Of a DNA stretch of 64,000 nt, positions 48,787 to 62,880 are shown piece by piece (positions within the stretch are counted from its first letter, which is position 1; each line of letters starts with the position of its first letter). The notes beneath the pieces were generated by a model, which had not been told where the DNA came from, ran no database searches, and saw only the letters and a program-made list of their open reading frames with translations. The position numbers were made by a program, and so were the translations under genes. This DNA comes from Octopus vulgaris (Eukaryota): NCBI GenBank assembly GCA_951406725.2, contig OX597814.1:50654001-50718000 (forward strand), written 5' to 3'.

Positions 48787-49307
48787 TATATATATATATA
48801 TATATTAATTAAAAATTACAAAAACGTATTTCATATTGGTAGCTTCATAAAACATACACGTGTTTCAGTAAATCAACTGAAATACTTACACAATCGTTTG
48901 GTGAAATGACATAACCTTATCGATTTTCTTGTTTTTTCTAAAGCTCTGTCTCCATTTTCCCCATAAGTGGGACTGAAGAAATCTACCTATAAATCTATCA
49001 ACGTTTATATTGGCTATTATATATAAATTATACGTATATTCAAATAACTCAACTCTAGGTGCACGCTTACTTATAATACAAGCAGCCTGTAAAATAATAG
49101 AAGTGATCGCATAACTTCCATTCTATCGTCATTCATTAACTGATAATTGTGTCTATATGCACATACTATGTGTATGTATGTATGTATGTATGTATGTATG
49201 TATGTATGTACACATACGTATATGTATGCACACATGCACACACAAACACAACCACACTTATTCATACACATAGGCGCTCATTCATATATATATATATATA
49301 TATAATC

Positions 49308-51520
49308 GGAATTTACAGAAAAATGAAAGACGAAGACAGATATATGAACAAGTAGGTGGATTATTTTGACGCTCAGGAAAGTGAGAATGTCTTTTACGTT
49401 TCGAGCCTACACTCTTCAACAGAAAGGAATATGAGAAAGTAAACAGAGAGAGAATAAAAATCATGTGGATTTAGTGATCAAGCATGGCGACTAGTTGCAA
49501 AAAAAGAGATTTGACAGGAAAGGTTAAAAGAAGGGGAGATAATAAAGAATTGGCGATCCCAAAAGGAAGGCGTGCATGCGTGTGTGTGTATGTGAAAATG
49601 TGTAAATGTGTGTATGTGGATAGAGGTTAGTGATTTTGACGTGTGTGGATATGTGCGTGTGTAAGTGTGGGCGTCTGTAACGTGTGAGTGTGTGTGGAAT
49701 GGTGAGATGTGGTGTGGGGGTGGGGATGGGGTGAGGGTAGGATGGGGGACAGAGTTAGGGTGGGTGAGAATGTGTGGGTGAAGGGGTAGGAGGGTATGAG
49801 AGAAGCTGGGTAGGAATGAAGAGAGGAAGTAGGTATCAGATGAAGAGAGGAGAGGAGAGGTTGGTAGGAGTGAAGAGAAGAATTAGATGTCAGATGGAGA
49901 GAGGGGAAGAGGGAAGTTAGTTGAAGAGAGGAGGGTAGTTAAGCCCATGTGGCGAAAAGGAGCGAAGAGGGAAAATAAACTTCTGTTCACGGCGAAGGCG
50001 GGAGTCCGGATGGCCCCTGTGCAAAGACAATCCGAACACAGAGGGGTGTTTTAGTGAATGACCGGTAGAGCGGAAATGATGCGAAACTAGGGTGTTATCG
50101 CCGAGTCTGATTTCTCGGAGATGCTCCGTGAACCGGTCAGCCAAGCGGCGTCTCGCTTGATCGATGTATAGAGACTGGCAGAAAGAGTAGGAGATGCAGT
50201 AAATGACGTTGCTAGAAGTGCACGTAAAGGAGTCGGTAATATGATAGGGACGATGATGGGTGCCTGTGAGGATGGTGGTATTGAAGAGGTAGGGGCAAGT
50301 GTGGCAGCGTAAATGGGGACAGAGGAATGAGCCAGGATAGGAGGTAGGGTTAGAGAAGAAACTGAGGATCAGGTCATGCAGGTTGTGGACTCGTTTGAAG
50401 GAGGGAAGGGGTAGGTTGGGGAAGATGTGCGAGGTGGAGGGGTCGGACTGGAGTTGCCGGAAGGCTCGGAGAATGGTGCGTTGGAGGTGCAGGGTACAGG
50501 GATGGTAGGTGAGGAGAAACGGGTGACGGGCAGGACGGTATGAGAGAGCAGAGGCACGGTCCACGGAACGTGCTCTGGCAAGGACTGTGTGGATAGTGGT
50601 GAGGGGATATCTACGAAGGATGAAGTGGCGAGCCATGAGTTGAGACTGAGTCTCAAAGTCACGGCTGTCACTACAGAGCCAGCGCAGACGGAGGAATTGG
50701 GAGCAGGTGATGGAGAGCTTGGTGTGGATAGGTGGGAGGAGAAGTTAAGGTAGGAGTGTGAGTCGGCGTGTTTGTAGTGGATGAAGTTAGTGAGAGCGGA
50801 GTGGTGTATGTTGGCCGAAATGTTGAGAAATGCGACAAAAGTGTTGGAAATAGTACAGGAGAATTCGAGGGCAGGATGGAAGGATTGAACGAAAGAGAGG
50901 AAGGAATATAGTTGTTCGAGGGAGAGTGAGGTTGCACCGATACAGTCATCAATATAACGACCGTATAGTTCGGGAGAGGGACCAGTGAATCGTGAGAGTA
51001 TTTGGGCCTCAACGTAGCCAACGAACAGGTTCGCATAGTTGGGGTCTATTCTCGTTCCCATAGCCACGCCCGAGAATGTTGGTAAAAATCCCTCGTGAAC
51101 GAGAAGCAATTGAGGGAGAGAACAAGTTCGGCCAAACGAAGAAGTGTGGCGGTGTCAGGTTGGGGTTGGGTCGAAGGCCTACGAAGTGTTTGAGTGCAAG
51201 AAGTCCTTTGTTGTGTGGAATCACCGTATATAGACTCTTGATATCAAGAGTGAAGAAAAGTTTAGAGGGTCCAGAAGGAAAGGAGAAAGAGTTGAAGAGA
51301 CGGAGAAAACGGTTTGTGTCGTGGATGTGGGAGGAGAGGAAGCCACTAGGAGTTCAAGGACACGGCGAGGTATTTAGAGATCAATTCCGTGGGCCACTTA
51401 CAGCGGAGATGATGGGACGACCAGGGTTGTTGGGCTTGTGGAGGGAAGTAAATGGTGGGGTGCGGGGAGTGCGGACAATGAGGTTGGAGGGGGTGAGAGG
51501 GAGGAGGAGATGAGGTAATG
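49308..51520 (-). mobile_element. Penelope-like retroelement (Neptune-like), 5'-truncated: RT, GIY-YIG and 3' terminal unit
   Basis: LDIKSLYTVIPH, GVAMGT..PNYANLF, RYIDDC, a Cys-rich linker and FTCTSSNVIYCI..LYI..RRLADRFTEH; several frameshifts. The terminal unit is shared with the short hammerhead elements. Confidence 0.93.
49389..49428 (-). ncRNA. Minimal type I hammerhead motif, variant core CTGTTGA
   Basis: CTTT-CTGTTGA-A-GAGT gtag GCTC-GAAACGTA-AAAG. Confidence 0.6.
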
Positions 51521-51759
51521 GATAGTATACATATATATTTGAGATTTTTTTTAAATAGTTTCAAAAAACCTGAATTGGGGTTCGACAAGCTCTCCAGGAT
51601 AATTCATTCGCAAAGAGTTTCAAAGAAAGTAACTCAATCTCCACACTTCCAACATAACGTTGTACTGAGTTGTACAACAAAATATAAACTGTATAGATAA
51701 ATAAACGTACAGATTTTTATATTTAATATATAATGATAAATATTCTATTCTTTTCTACT

Positions 51760-51960
51760 CTAAGCACAAGGCCCGAAATTTGGGGGGAGGAGGCCAATCG
51801 ACTAGATCGACCCCAGTACGCCACTGGTACTTGATTTACCAACCACGAAAAGATGAAAAGCAAAGTCGACCTGGGCGAATTTGAACTCAGAACATAAAGA
51901 CAGACGAAATACTGTTAAGCATTTCGCCCTGCGTGCTAACGATTCTGCCAGCTTGCCGCC
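51760..51960 (-). mobile_element. SINE family A, short-tail variant, full length
   Basis: GGCGGCAAGCTGGCAGAATCGTTAGCACG head, B box and central domain. Confidence 0.88.
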
Positions 51961-52639
51961 TTTCCACTTAATTATATCAAAGTTAATTAGTAAGTGTTTA
52001 TTTCCTCTTTCAAATGCATTTTTTGGAATTTGTCATGTAAGAATTTCATTTCACTCATTTCACTTTAAAATTACAAATATAGATTTTTAAAAGCCGCATA
52101 TATCTATAGATAAGCTATAAAATGTGTGCCAGTACTTTACTCTGTGTGTGTGTATGTGTGTGTGTGTGTATGCACCTGTGAGTGCGTGTATGTGCGTGGA
52201 GGGGTGTACAATTTGAATTCTTTGAATTCCTCCTTGTGCTTGTTTCTAACAAAGAAACTGAGCTCCATCACCGGAATTTGGATAACAAAATAAGCGTGCA
52301 TTTTAGAACAACTTTATAATTTTTACTGTTCCACTTGCGGACTATATCTTTAAAATGTATATTACCAGGTCACCTTTAGTTTCTCAAAGAAAGCCTTAGC
52401 GTCACTTTGACATTTGCCCGAGTGTACTAAAAATTATAGGTATAAGTGTGCATTTATAATCAAGGAAGAGAAATCGTATATTTTAAAACAGTTAAAAACG
52501 CCTCATTGATTTTGTATGAAACTATTGTGATCAATTGCCGGACAGCTACCTCTGGATTTGTGCATAAATTTTTTCTGTATCTCAAGCAACTATATCAGAC
52601 ATTTTCTTCTGTATCTCAAGCAACTATATCAGGCCTGTT

Positions 52640-54900
52640 ACATGTCGTTTTGTAAGGTGGTACCTTAATAATATATTTGTGCAGCTTCTGATAAGATGTG
52701 TAATACCTTCTACAGAAATATCGCAATATCACATAATTTATATTTTTGTTTGCATCTAAGAGTTTTAAGGATATCTCTTTTGTTCATTGGGTATCTTGTA
52801 CCTATCTCCTGTTCATGGGCTGCAGAAACGTAGTCATCTGTCTATAACGTGTAATGGTCACAGTCTGTGAGAAATCACATTTCATCTTCACGTTAGCATC
52901 ATCACCTAGTTTACGAGAAATATCCATACAAAAGTTTTTGTGACATGTACAGAGCATGTTAAGTGATCAAGAATTGAGTATTTCTTGGAATTCAGTACCG
53001 ACTCGTAAGAGATTGTTCTCTTCGCTTATGAGCACTTGTTAAACAAATGCTGTCTGAGTGTTACTATACGACATTCAAAGGTAGTATGCACTGATCCTAA
53101 GTTTCTTCTGTAAAAAGACCCTGTCAATATCACTCTTACTGTGGAAGTATCCAGTTGACGTCAGGACCTTAAGGACTTTAACATCTTTGTTTTCCCTCTA
53201 TAAACAAGTCAAGTATTCCAAATGTTGTTATTAGTACTGAAACAGAAAATGTTTGGTAGAATAGTGTCTTGTAACTGAAAAGTTCTGACTGCCACAGTTT
53301 TTCCAGTCTGGTTCAATATTCTTTGGTAGCTCTCACTTTGTTCCCAGCATCTTTTGTCAATCCCTAGGTATTTGAAGTACACATTGTGGAAAAAATAGAG
53401 CATTGATGTAAAGAATTGAGGTGTCTGGCAAACAACTTTTCGGCGTTCATTTGTCAAATGTGATCGTCCCTTCATCAGCTGAAATGTCACTAAATCTCGG
53501 CTGTTTCTCAGCGTTGTATTTCGAACATGGCTCTTTAGACAACGCACAAAATTATTGAGGGGTATGTGAGTATGTTTGGCTGTAGGCTTAATCTTTTTTG
53601 TTAAAAAAATTACATTGGATTTAATGCCATGAAGCACAGAATGTATCTTTGGAATATTCCTTTTGAGATGTAACACCGAAGACAATCGCTCTGCTTTCAG
53701 TTACTAGTGTGAGGTTTATTGAGCAAGCCGTTGTGAACCTTTCAGTGGTAGCAACTGGCATAGCTAGTATATATGCTGAGTGCAGTGACTTCAGTATCGA
53801 CAAGTGGAGTATAAAATCGAATGCCTTTCTGTGATTAAACCATACTGTCACAAGGGATTTACGATGTTTTCTTACATCAAACAATATAGCTTTATTTCTC
53901 AAAAATTTACTCGCCACATTCCCACACTTTTTCATTTTACCCACGAGATCTTCAGACACTGTTTACTTCGTTCCACAATGGTCTTCAAGGAATTTATTGA
54001 GACAGTGTACGTTAAGTGTGTACGTAATGTTTAAACTATCAATCGGTTTATAGTTTTTTTCTTTTTTTTTTTTTTTTGTCAAGTCATTTCATTCTTTACT
54101 ACAAGGTTTGTCCCTGCCCTGGCAAGCCGTGGTGTGTCAACCTCTTAATAGTTGATTTAAATAAACTTATAATAACTTTAACTATACTAATAACTATAGT
54201 ATCCAACTATTAGATCTCTTTCTGTTACCTTTCCACTATGCAGCTTTCTCTGCAGATTTAGTGTAACTTTCAAACGTCGACTATACTATAAGTCTTACTA
54301 TTGATGTCGGTACCCTATCTTTCGTGATAGTCTTTAGTCACAATGCGTTCAGGGGAAAAATCTTTCTTATTTTCTGTTCATATTTTCTCATTTCGGATCT
54401 TAAACCAAAATCGTTTTGGTTTGAAACCTTTTACAAAGATATTGTTTTTCTTCAAATTCTGGTATACATCTCATACATTTGAATCAAACATGCGATTAAT
54501 GTTGACTTATTGTAGTATTATCCTGGTAACAGCGGTTTTACTCAACTATATGAATTTATGTTTTTATTAATGTCCCTTCAATGCTCTATAGAATTTTGAC
54601 AATTTTTTTCACGAGATGTACTTAGTGCCCTGTGAAATTACCCACCTTATACTTTATAATGTCCGATTCTGCGGTGCAGGCTGCTAACGTTTTCATCTGT
54701 TGCCCATTTAGTTCTAGTTGCCCATGTTCAGTTATTTCATTACCACGTGTACTGCAGGCATCTCCTATGTGTTGTTTCAGAGTGATAGCAGCCGTATAGT
54801 AGTAGGTATGTATTAACAATCCAATATGTGTTATCACATATTTCGCACAAACTCCACCAAATCACTAACTTTTAACATCAGAGTGCTTTTAAATTTTTTT
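52640..54900 (-). pseudogene. Decayed R4/Dong-clade LINE ORF (RT plus CCHC)
   Basis: NKAILFDVRKHRKSLVTVWFNHRKAFDFILH (WIDYKKAYDSVPH equivalent), FKYLGI, HSKSDIDRVFL and CDISVEGITHLIRSC..RH. Confidence 0.8.
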
Positions 54901-55666
54901 CTCCTACACACGTAAAAAATGGCCTGCGATTTCATAATAGCTTATTTAATGATAAATTATTTTTTAACTGTAGATTTAAAATGCTTTTAGGCAGCATATA
55001 TTCCAAAATCATCAATTATATTCCATAATTATCGAATCAATTACACAAGGTAATATATGAGAAGAGTGTGGTTGTGATAAGGGCAAGGGTTTCTTTACAT
55101 TTTTATCGGTTCTTTTACGGCATCTTTTATTAGGTCTTTAGATATCTTCATAAAACCAACAATTATCACATGAGCTGGAATAACGAACGCTATTTGTGGC
55201 AGCCATTTTTTTAACAAAGGAATATGGCTGATGTCGAACATGTATAGCGATGGAGTGATTTAAGTTTGGATGAGCTTCGTCCAGTAATTTTTTTAACTGC
55301 TTCAAACAACCGGTTGAAGGATGTTCAAGAGTTTTCTTTTTTATAGAAGTAGATCCAATTTAAACGCAAAAACACAGCTAAATTAGAACTCTGCTTACAT
55401 GATCTAAGACAGTTCACAGATTTGGTAGAACTTTTAGTGTTGATAGCACAAGTATCAATACCAGTGTCATTGTTATTCATGTCAACCTTAATCATAAAAA
55501 CGAAAGACCACGGGTAAAAAGTATATTTTTGTAATTCATTTTGTATTACGCTAGTTTGGTGAGTAAAAAATGTTTTCCTTGTTCATAAGTTTTAAATCGA
55601 CATGTTAATTGTACAGGAAAACGTTCAAACACACATTTCTCATGACCCTCTCTCTATATATATCTG

Positions 55667-55707
<41 letters not shown>

Positions 55708-56111
55708 ATATCTATCTATCTATCTCTATGTATTTATCTATCTCTAGCTCTATCTCGCTCTTTCTGTGTGCATATCTATCTATATATTTATTTATATATG
55801 TGTGTGTGTGCGCGCGTGCTTGCGTGTGTGTGTTTGTGTATGTGCGTGTATGTGTGTATGTGTGTCTGTGCATGTGTGTGTGTGTGTGTGTTTGTGTGTG
55901 TGAATATAATGAGCCAAAATTTACTGTCCAATTTAAATTTTTAAAAATTCAGAGTAACTGTTTTCCATATTTGAATGCTGTTATATTCCAGAATTTTAAG
56001 TAATTTCTAAAATCCAGAATGAGTCCATCTAAAGGGAAAATTTATTACTTTGGTGCAAAATCACACCGTGTGAGGGAACAACTGTATTTAATTGGAATGT
56101 ATTATATCGTG

Positions 56112-56313
56112 CAGTATTCACTCGTGCATAAGTCGCACTATCTTATACTTGATGCGACTTATCCACGGGGCAAAGCTAAAACTATGAATGAAGAAAAATG
56201 TTGTACCAAGATTTAACACCAAATTAGGGATGCACCTTGTACACAAGAGCATCTTTTATACATGAGTACATCTTATATTTGAGTGTGACTTGCACACGAG
56301 TAAGTAAATACAG
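56112..56313. mobile_element. Tc2/pogo-like MITE, decayed
   Basis: Inverted ends CAGTATTCACTCGTGCATAAGTCGCAC / GTGTGACTTGCACACGAGTAAGTAAATACAG, plus internal inverted copies. Confidence 0.6.
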
Positions 56314-56399
56314 TAAGTTCAGAAAGATATATTTTATACATTACTCTACTCTTTGTGAGTCGCACAATCGTTTGTAAGATAGGGAAAAAAACCTGAAAC

Positions 56400-56522
56400 T
56401 AGAACAACGTGAAGTGAAGTATTTTGTTCAAGAACACAACGAATCGCCCGATCTAGGAACCGAAACCAGAATCTTACAATCATGGGCGCAACACCTCTAA
56501 CCCCTAAGTCACACACCTCCAC
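56400..56522 (-). mobile_element. Decayed tRNA-derived SINE head
   Basis: GTGGAGGTGTGTGACTTAGGGGTTAG..GGTTTCGGTTCC..TTGTGTTCTTGAACAA. Confidence 0.6.
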
Positions 56523-56711
56523 AACTCACTTTTTAATGAATTCTAATTTCTAATAGTTTATTAACTCTCAAATGGATAAAAAACAAAACAGACCCTGATG
56601 AAATTCGAACTCAATCCTAACTAAACCCTGTAGTTTTTTTGTTTTGTTTTTTATCCAACTCTTTACTGTATCTGCCACTATTGTTGACCTAATCCATACA
56701 AATAATTATTA

Positions 56712-56912
56712 TTTCCAACTTCGGTAGAAGGCCAGAAGATTTGGAAGCATTGTAATCGATTTAATCGGCCTCAGCACTAGACAGATACTGATTTTATTGA
56801 CCCCTGGGGTTAGGATGAAAGGAAAAGTCAACTTCAGCAGAATTTAAAGAGATGTAACTAAATTGCACAAAGCGTTTTGTGCGATGCTCTACTGGTTCTA
56901 CTCTCCACCGCC
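56712..56912 (-). mobile_element. SINE family A, short-tail variant, decayed
   Basis: AGGATGAAAGGAAAAGTCAACTTCAGCAGAATTT and flanking motifs. Confidence 0.65.
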
Positions 56913-58619
56913 CTATTCTACATAATAAATGCGAGCTTCTATACAGTCGCTTAATCTACAAGAAATAGCATCCATATAACCTTCAAACGACATCTTATCT
57001 CCAAAAATAAGGGAAAACGCATTCGATAATGGTGTCATAAATAACCTTAAAAAGTTGAAATGTTCATATTTGGATCACATTTGATAGTAGAACTGCTCAT
57101 TCAGAATCCACCTAAAGCCAAACTACAGCGACATAATAAGAAAGTGAAACTGTGAAACTGTAAAGAAATCTCTCCATAGTCACTTGATAGAAACAGCAAC
57201 CTAATCTTACTCAGTTTTCACCCTACTGTCATAAAAAAGGGAGGGTGTATTGTGTATTGTAGTCATAAATACTCTATAACATATCTGGAATTAAAAAAGA
57301 TGGTGGCTAGAATGCCTTTTATCAAAGGTTTGGTCGATTAAGACTGACCGGAGTAGAAACAGAATATAATTCTTATATCAGGAGACCTACAGAATAAAGT
57401 TAAGTAAGCTGAAAAACCCAACTTGAAATCCCAGGAAACTAAACACAAGTGTTCGAAACTCACCAACTTAAACTTGATTAGGTAGGATATAACTAGCACA
57501 TACATACAGAATGGAAAAGGAGCTTGATACAAATAGAGAAAATGGCTAAGTAACGACAGAGAATCTAGAAAAATACATAGAAGTATAAGCTGATTAATAT
57601 GAGGAAGCATGGTATGAAATATTTTCTTACTATATAAGGAAACAATAGGTTGCAAATTTACAAACTAAGTACAATGAAAAACTAATATACTAACTTTAGG
57701 CTGAATACGACAAAATGTTCAGATGTTTAGATAACACAAGAAAACACTACGCAAAACAAGTAAAATTAAATCCAAAATACAGAAAAATATGAAGAGAGCC
57801 AATATCAAGCAAAACAAGTCTCTGGACAAAAGGCCGAAACAAAAGCTGATTTTAGCAGCACCAAACCTACGTCTACCTATCAGGTAGTAAAAAAAAAACG
57901 TACTGAAACTATGGTCAGTGTTAATATCTTTAATGTAGGTGAGAATCAACAATCTAATTGTAAATAGTTATCCAATGAAAAAAAGACAGCAGCTCAATGG
58001 TCAATATAAAATACAGGACAAAATGCTTTGTAATACAGTTCTGGCTCTCTGTACATTCTTTAACTGCTTCTTTTTTCGAGGTCGAAGAATAAAGTACCAA
58101 TCCCGAATGGTTCATTAGCACAATTGTATGAGGGTTAGACAGAATGCTTTACAATATTTGTTCTAATTTATTGCGTTCTGAATTCTTGACTGATAGACTT
58201 AGTCTGTCATCTGGTTTAACACCAACTACCTGGTGCTTAGGTACCTTTAACGAGGTTCACTTTGACATAATAACTGGGACTGGATCTCTGGTTTGAGAAT
58301 AGTTTCCACCCTCTCTCCCTCCACTTCCAGAGACTCTGAAACAAAGCAAAGGACATGTACACTGCCCTTCTCTCCCTAACTAAACGATAAATAAGATTAT
58401 TCTGATACTATTTTAATTCTTTACGCAAGGACGAGAAACACCCCTCGATATTTTCCGGTATTGTTAAACCTCGTCGGCAATGCATAGAGTTTACCGTATT
58501 TGATGAAATCGTGAAGATTGAGTCGCCTTGTAGATATATATATAACTTCTCGTACATGCACAAATGACTAATATATTATTAATTACCAAGACTTTCAATG
58601 CCCTCCTAACATAGATGTT

Positions 58620-58980
58620 TGTCGCCTTTGATGATCTAGTTTGAACAGCTAAGTCGACGTCTGTATAGGAATTTACAGAAGATTGAAGTTGTGAAGAGGA
58701 AGGTTCAGAAAAAGTGGTTTATGTGGCATCTGGAATAGGACAATAGGAATGATGAGCGGAAGAGAGATATAGTGCATCGTGTGCATACCTGGCTGATAAC
58801 GGTGTCTAGATTGCTAGTTCAGAAGAGCAAATGTCATTGAAGTAAAGGTAGAAGAGACAGATATGGTGCGTGCGCGTTTGTGTGTGATTGTAGGGACTAT
58901 ATTGTGTCAATGAGTGAATATTTATCAATCAGATGAATGTCATACTTCTGGACGTAGTCTATGATGTTAATGCGTCCAAT
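58620..58980 (-). pseudogene. CR1-group LINE 3' relic
   Basis: CLFYLYFNDICSSELA matches the LFYRYF.G.CS.EL motif near the end of CR1-group ORF2. Confidence 0.55.
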
Positions 58981-60360
58981 ATCAACATCATAAGAGATGT
59001 TTGAGGCAGAAATGTTAGTTTTGCTTATGTTTTGCTGGGTTTTTTTGGTATTGTTACACAAGCAACACCAAAAAAGTCACTTTCGATCTTAAATTTGATC
59101 GCTTCCGATAGTTTACTTTCTTAAAGAAAGAGATTACTTAAACAAGCCCCAAAACATTCCCAGGACTGAGGTATAATATTCCATAAGAAATTAGAGCTAT
59201 GATTCGTTACGAACTGTCACAGAATGTTGCCTAAAAAGGTTTCGACTCGCAAAGCGAAAACTGGAAAGTATTTGCGAATGTTATATACACAGTAATTTCT
59301 TAGGTCCAGATATATATTAAAAGGCAATGTCTTTACTATTTTCTATCAAAAAGTTACTTTGTATTAATGAAGTGGACTAAATAGCTTGCGATATTTTGTT
59401 ACTTTTGTTTACGTATTAACAGCCAATCCCACAGTGATCTACTTTGCCTTTCTTCCTTCCAGGATCGATAAAGTACCTGTCAAGTACTGGAGTTCATAAA
59501 ATCAACTCTTCCGATTCCCCAGATTTGAGGATGCCTGTCTAAGAAACTAATCTTATATCAGTGAGGTTGCCAAGGGATATGATTTGAAAAGTTGAGGCCG
59601 AATATTTGTAATGATCTAAGGTATGAGGAGCAGTTGTTCATGTGTAGGAAAGATGTGCCACAAGTTCTATCTCAGTCAAACAGTAGGCCTCAGGTTTCGA
59701 CATCTAATTCTTAGATCTTGATGTTGTCAATGCTCGAACATATTACATATGGATTATAAGCATTCCACTGATGATCGTACCTTGTACTGAATTTTCTCAT
59801 ATGCGGTCCTTCCTAACAGTAAGGTTCAATTTGAAGATCTGAAGATTTGAACGAGATATCTAACAGACGATCGACTTCCACCTTTTACAGTACGATGTTT
59901 ATAAGATAGAAACCTGACGGCGCCTCTTGTTTTAGAACAGAGATAATAATTCGGGTTGTTCTTGCGATTATTGTTGTTGTTGTCGTTGTGGTTGTTGTTA
60001 CTGTTGCTACTACTGCTTCTAGTTGGTACTGGGTAAGCAAATCAAACGGACCTACGGTCTAAGGCGTCCCAACCATAGTCATCGCTTCATATTTTCATAC
60101 AACATATATCCTGTGCTAGACAACAATATCCAATATGCGTCCTTCCTTTTTATTCAACAGTGGTAAAGTGTCATCTGTGGTAAATTTGACTGTTATTAAT
60201 GAGTGTAAGGAACTCTGACATCCTGGAGTCTGGTTGCTAAAATGTTCCATGTTATGTGCGAGTTTATACGTGAGTGTAAATGTGTTTGCACACGTATGGG
60301 CGTGTGTGTCAATACATACGCATGTAAATATATGTATGTGCTGAGTGCAAACACACACAC

Positions 60361-60447
<87 letters not shown>

Positions 60448-60647
60448 CACACATACGTAGGTGTCCAACAAAGAGAATGAGTGCTCAACTCATTGGTGGA
60501 TAAAAAATTTTTATTCGTACATTAAGGATTTAATACACAAATAAAGTGTGTATGGGTGTGGGTGTGTGTGTGTATGTATATATATATATATATATACATA
60601 TACACCCACCCACATATACATACATATGTGCATACGCATACATAAAC

Positions 60648-60716
<69 letters not shown>

Positions 60717-60743
60717 CATGTGGTTGTGAGTGTTTGTGCGTGT

Positions 60744-60792
<49 letters not shown>

Positions 60793-61229
60793 AGTGTGTG
60801 TGCGTGTGTGTGTGTGTAAATTTAAAATTTTCCAGTGACCTCAACATCAATTAATTTCGTGTTATTATTGCTAAGACGCTATGCCATTCTCCAAACGTTT
60901 TCTTTACAAAATATTTTTTCTCTCCTTGATTCCCGCCTTAAATAGTGATCGTTCCTCCACCCACTGCCCCCACTTTCCCCTTCTCTTACTCCCTTCGATT
61001 CCACCTCTTATGCTTCTCATACTCATCATAGTTTTCTCTTCCACCGCTTCCCATTTCAACAACTCTCTGCTAATCGCCTACAGTAGAAGCATTGAGCATT
61101 TAAAGCGACGCCATTATAACAACGGAATTCCCTCCGGCTTTGCTCTATGTTACACAAGAGGCCAATTGATTTGCACATCATTTGATGATGATCAGATGAA
61201 TCATGAAAAGTATAACATAACGAAGATTG

Positions 61230-61867
61230 CGACGGTGACAGTGACGGTGGCGGTGATGACGACGACGACGACGATGACACCACGACGACGATGATGACGA
61301 TGATGATGATGATGATTATGATGATTATGATGATGATGATGATGATGATTGTGGTGAAGGTGATATCAGTAGTGGTGGTGGTGGTGGTGGTGGTGGTGGT
61401 GGTGATGGTAGCAGCGGTGGTAGTGGTGATGGTGATAGTGGTGATAGTGGTACCTAATGTGGTCTCTGTGATGACGATGGTGGTGGATGCGTCTGCAGTG
61501 GTGTGATAGAGGTGGTGATAGCGGTGGTATTGGAAGCGGTGGTGGTGGTGGTGGCGGTGGTTGTCATCGTAGCCGTAGTACCGGCAGTTGTTGTTGTTGT
61601 TGTTAATGATGATGATGGTTGATGATGTGGTGGTGGTGGTGGTGATGGTATGTGTAGGTGATTGTGATGATGGTGGTGGCGACTTATATTTTCGTTGTGC
61701 TGAAGCTAATGTTTATCAACGTGAATGCTAAGATCTAGAAACGATGGTCGTAATGGTGCAAGATGGTTGGTAGTGGTGGCGATGGTAGTGGTGGTGGCGG
61801 TAGTGGTGGTGGTAGTAGTAGTAGTAGCAGCAGCAGCAGCAATAGTAGTAGTAGTAGTAGTAGTAGT

Positions 61868-61947
<80 letters not shown>

Positions 61948-61995
61948 CTGCCGTTGTTGTTGCTGCTACTGCTGCTGCTGATGCCACCGTTGTTG
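61230..61995. repeat. Compound trinucleotide field (GAC/GAT/GGT/GTT/GTA/GCA)
   Basis: Directly visible. Confidence 0.95.
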
Positions 61996-62270
61996 TCTCT
62001 CTAAGGTGTATGGGTGGGGAGAACGATCACTATTTAAGGAGAGAAACAAAAATGCATTCTGTAAAGAAAACGTTTGGAGGGTGACATGACGACGTAGTAA
62101 TACTTACACGAAACTAATTGATGCCGAGGTCGCTAGAAATTCCTTTATTTACTCTTTGTCGTCTTTTATCTTTTATTGGTTTCAGTCATCAGACTGCAGC
62201 CATGCTGGGACACCGCCCTGAAGAATTTTAAGTCGAGCGAATTGATCCCAGTGCTTTTTGTTTTGTTTTG

Positions 62271-62880
62271 GGTACTTTTTGGTTATCTCACGCCCATTAA
62301 AAACTTGTGTATATCTCCCCACTCCCCGTTATATGAAAAATATCGGTACTTTTGGTGAACTCCCACACCTAAAAAAAAATTGTTTAACCCTCAATGAAAG
62401 AAAAAAAAGGAAAAATCAATAAACATAAAAACTGGAAAAATTAACAGGGAAACTAAAAAAAAATAGCAATAATAAATCTCTGAACGAGATGTAAACAGTA
62501 ACTGCTCGACAACGTAAAGTATACTAGCCATCTCAATATGGCTAACCAAACCACTAAGGGTGGGTTAAAAGCTACAGTAACACCCACCCTTAGTGGTTAG
62601 CCATATTGAGATGGCTAGTATACTTTACGTTAAAAAAATTAATAAACAGGAAAACTGAAAAAAATTAATCATCTTATTGAATCTAATAACAGTTTTATAA
62701 CAATTCATACTATGCTTATTAAGGAGGCCAAACGTCAACAATGTGTTAAAGTATTGAATCGAAAGGATCTAACACTTTCAATCCAATCTCTTCTCCCGAC
62801 AAACTCATTTTTTTAGTGGGAAGGTAACCCAATTTTTAATGGTAATTTTTTTAATGGGAGTGAGATAACCAAAAAGTACC
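62271..62880. mobile_element. Merlin-type MITE (610 bp)
   Basis: 33-bp TIRs GGTACTTTTTGGTTATCTCAC(G/T)CCCATTAAAAA and an 8-bp TSD TTGTTTTG (62263-62270, 62881-62888). GG termini with an 8-bp TSD fit the Merlin superfamily. Confidence 0.85.
62511..62631. repeat. 121-bp near-perfect palindrome
   Basis: AACGTAAAGTATACTAGCCATCTCAATATGGCTAACCA and its exact reverse complement, with inner CTAAGGGTGGG/CCCACCCTTAG pairing. Confidence 0.95.

Noticed and set aside
49917-51513. Intact RT/endonuclease gene, and the opposite-strand ORF 51076-51513
   Set aside because: The RT is split over several frames and 5'-truncated. The plus-strand ORF is its antisense shadow.
59560-59900. CR1-like RT relic (HSTDDRTLY)
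   Set aside because: A single weak motif; insufficient without a profile search.
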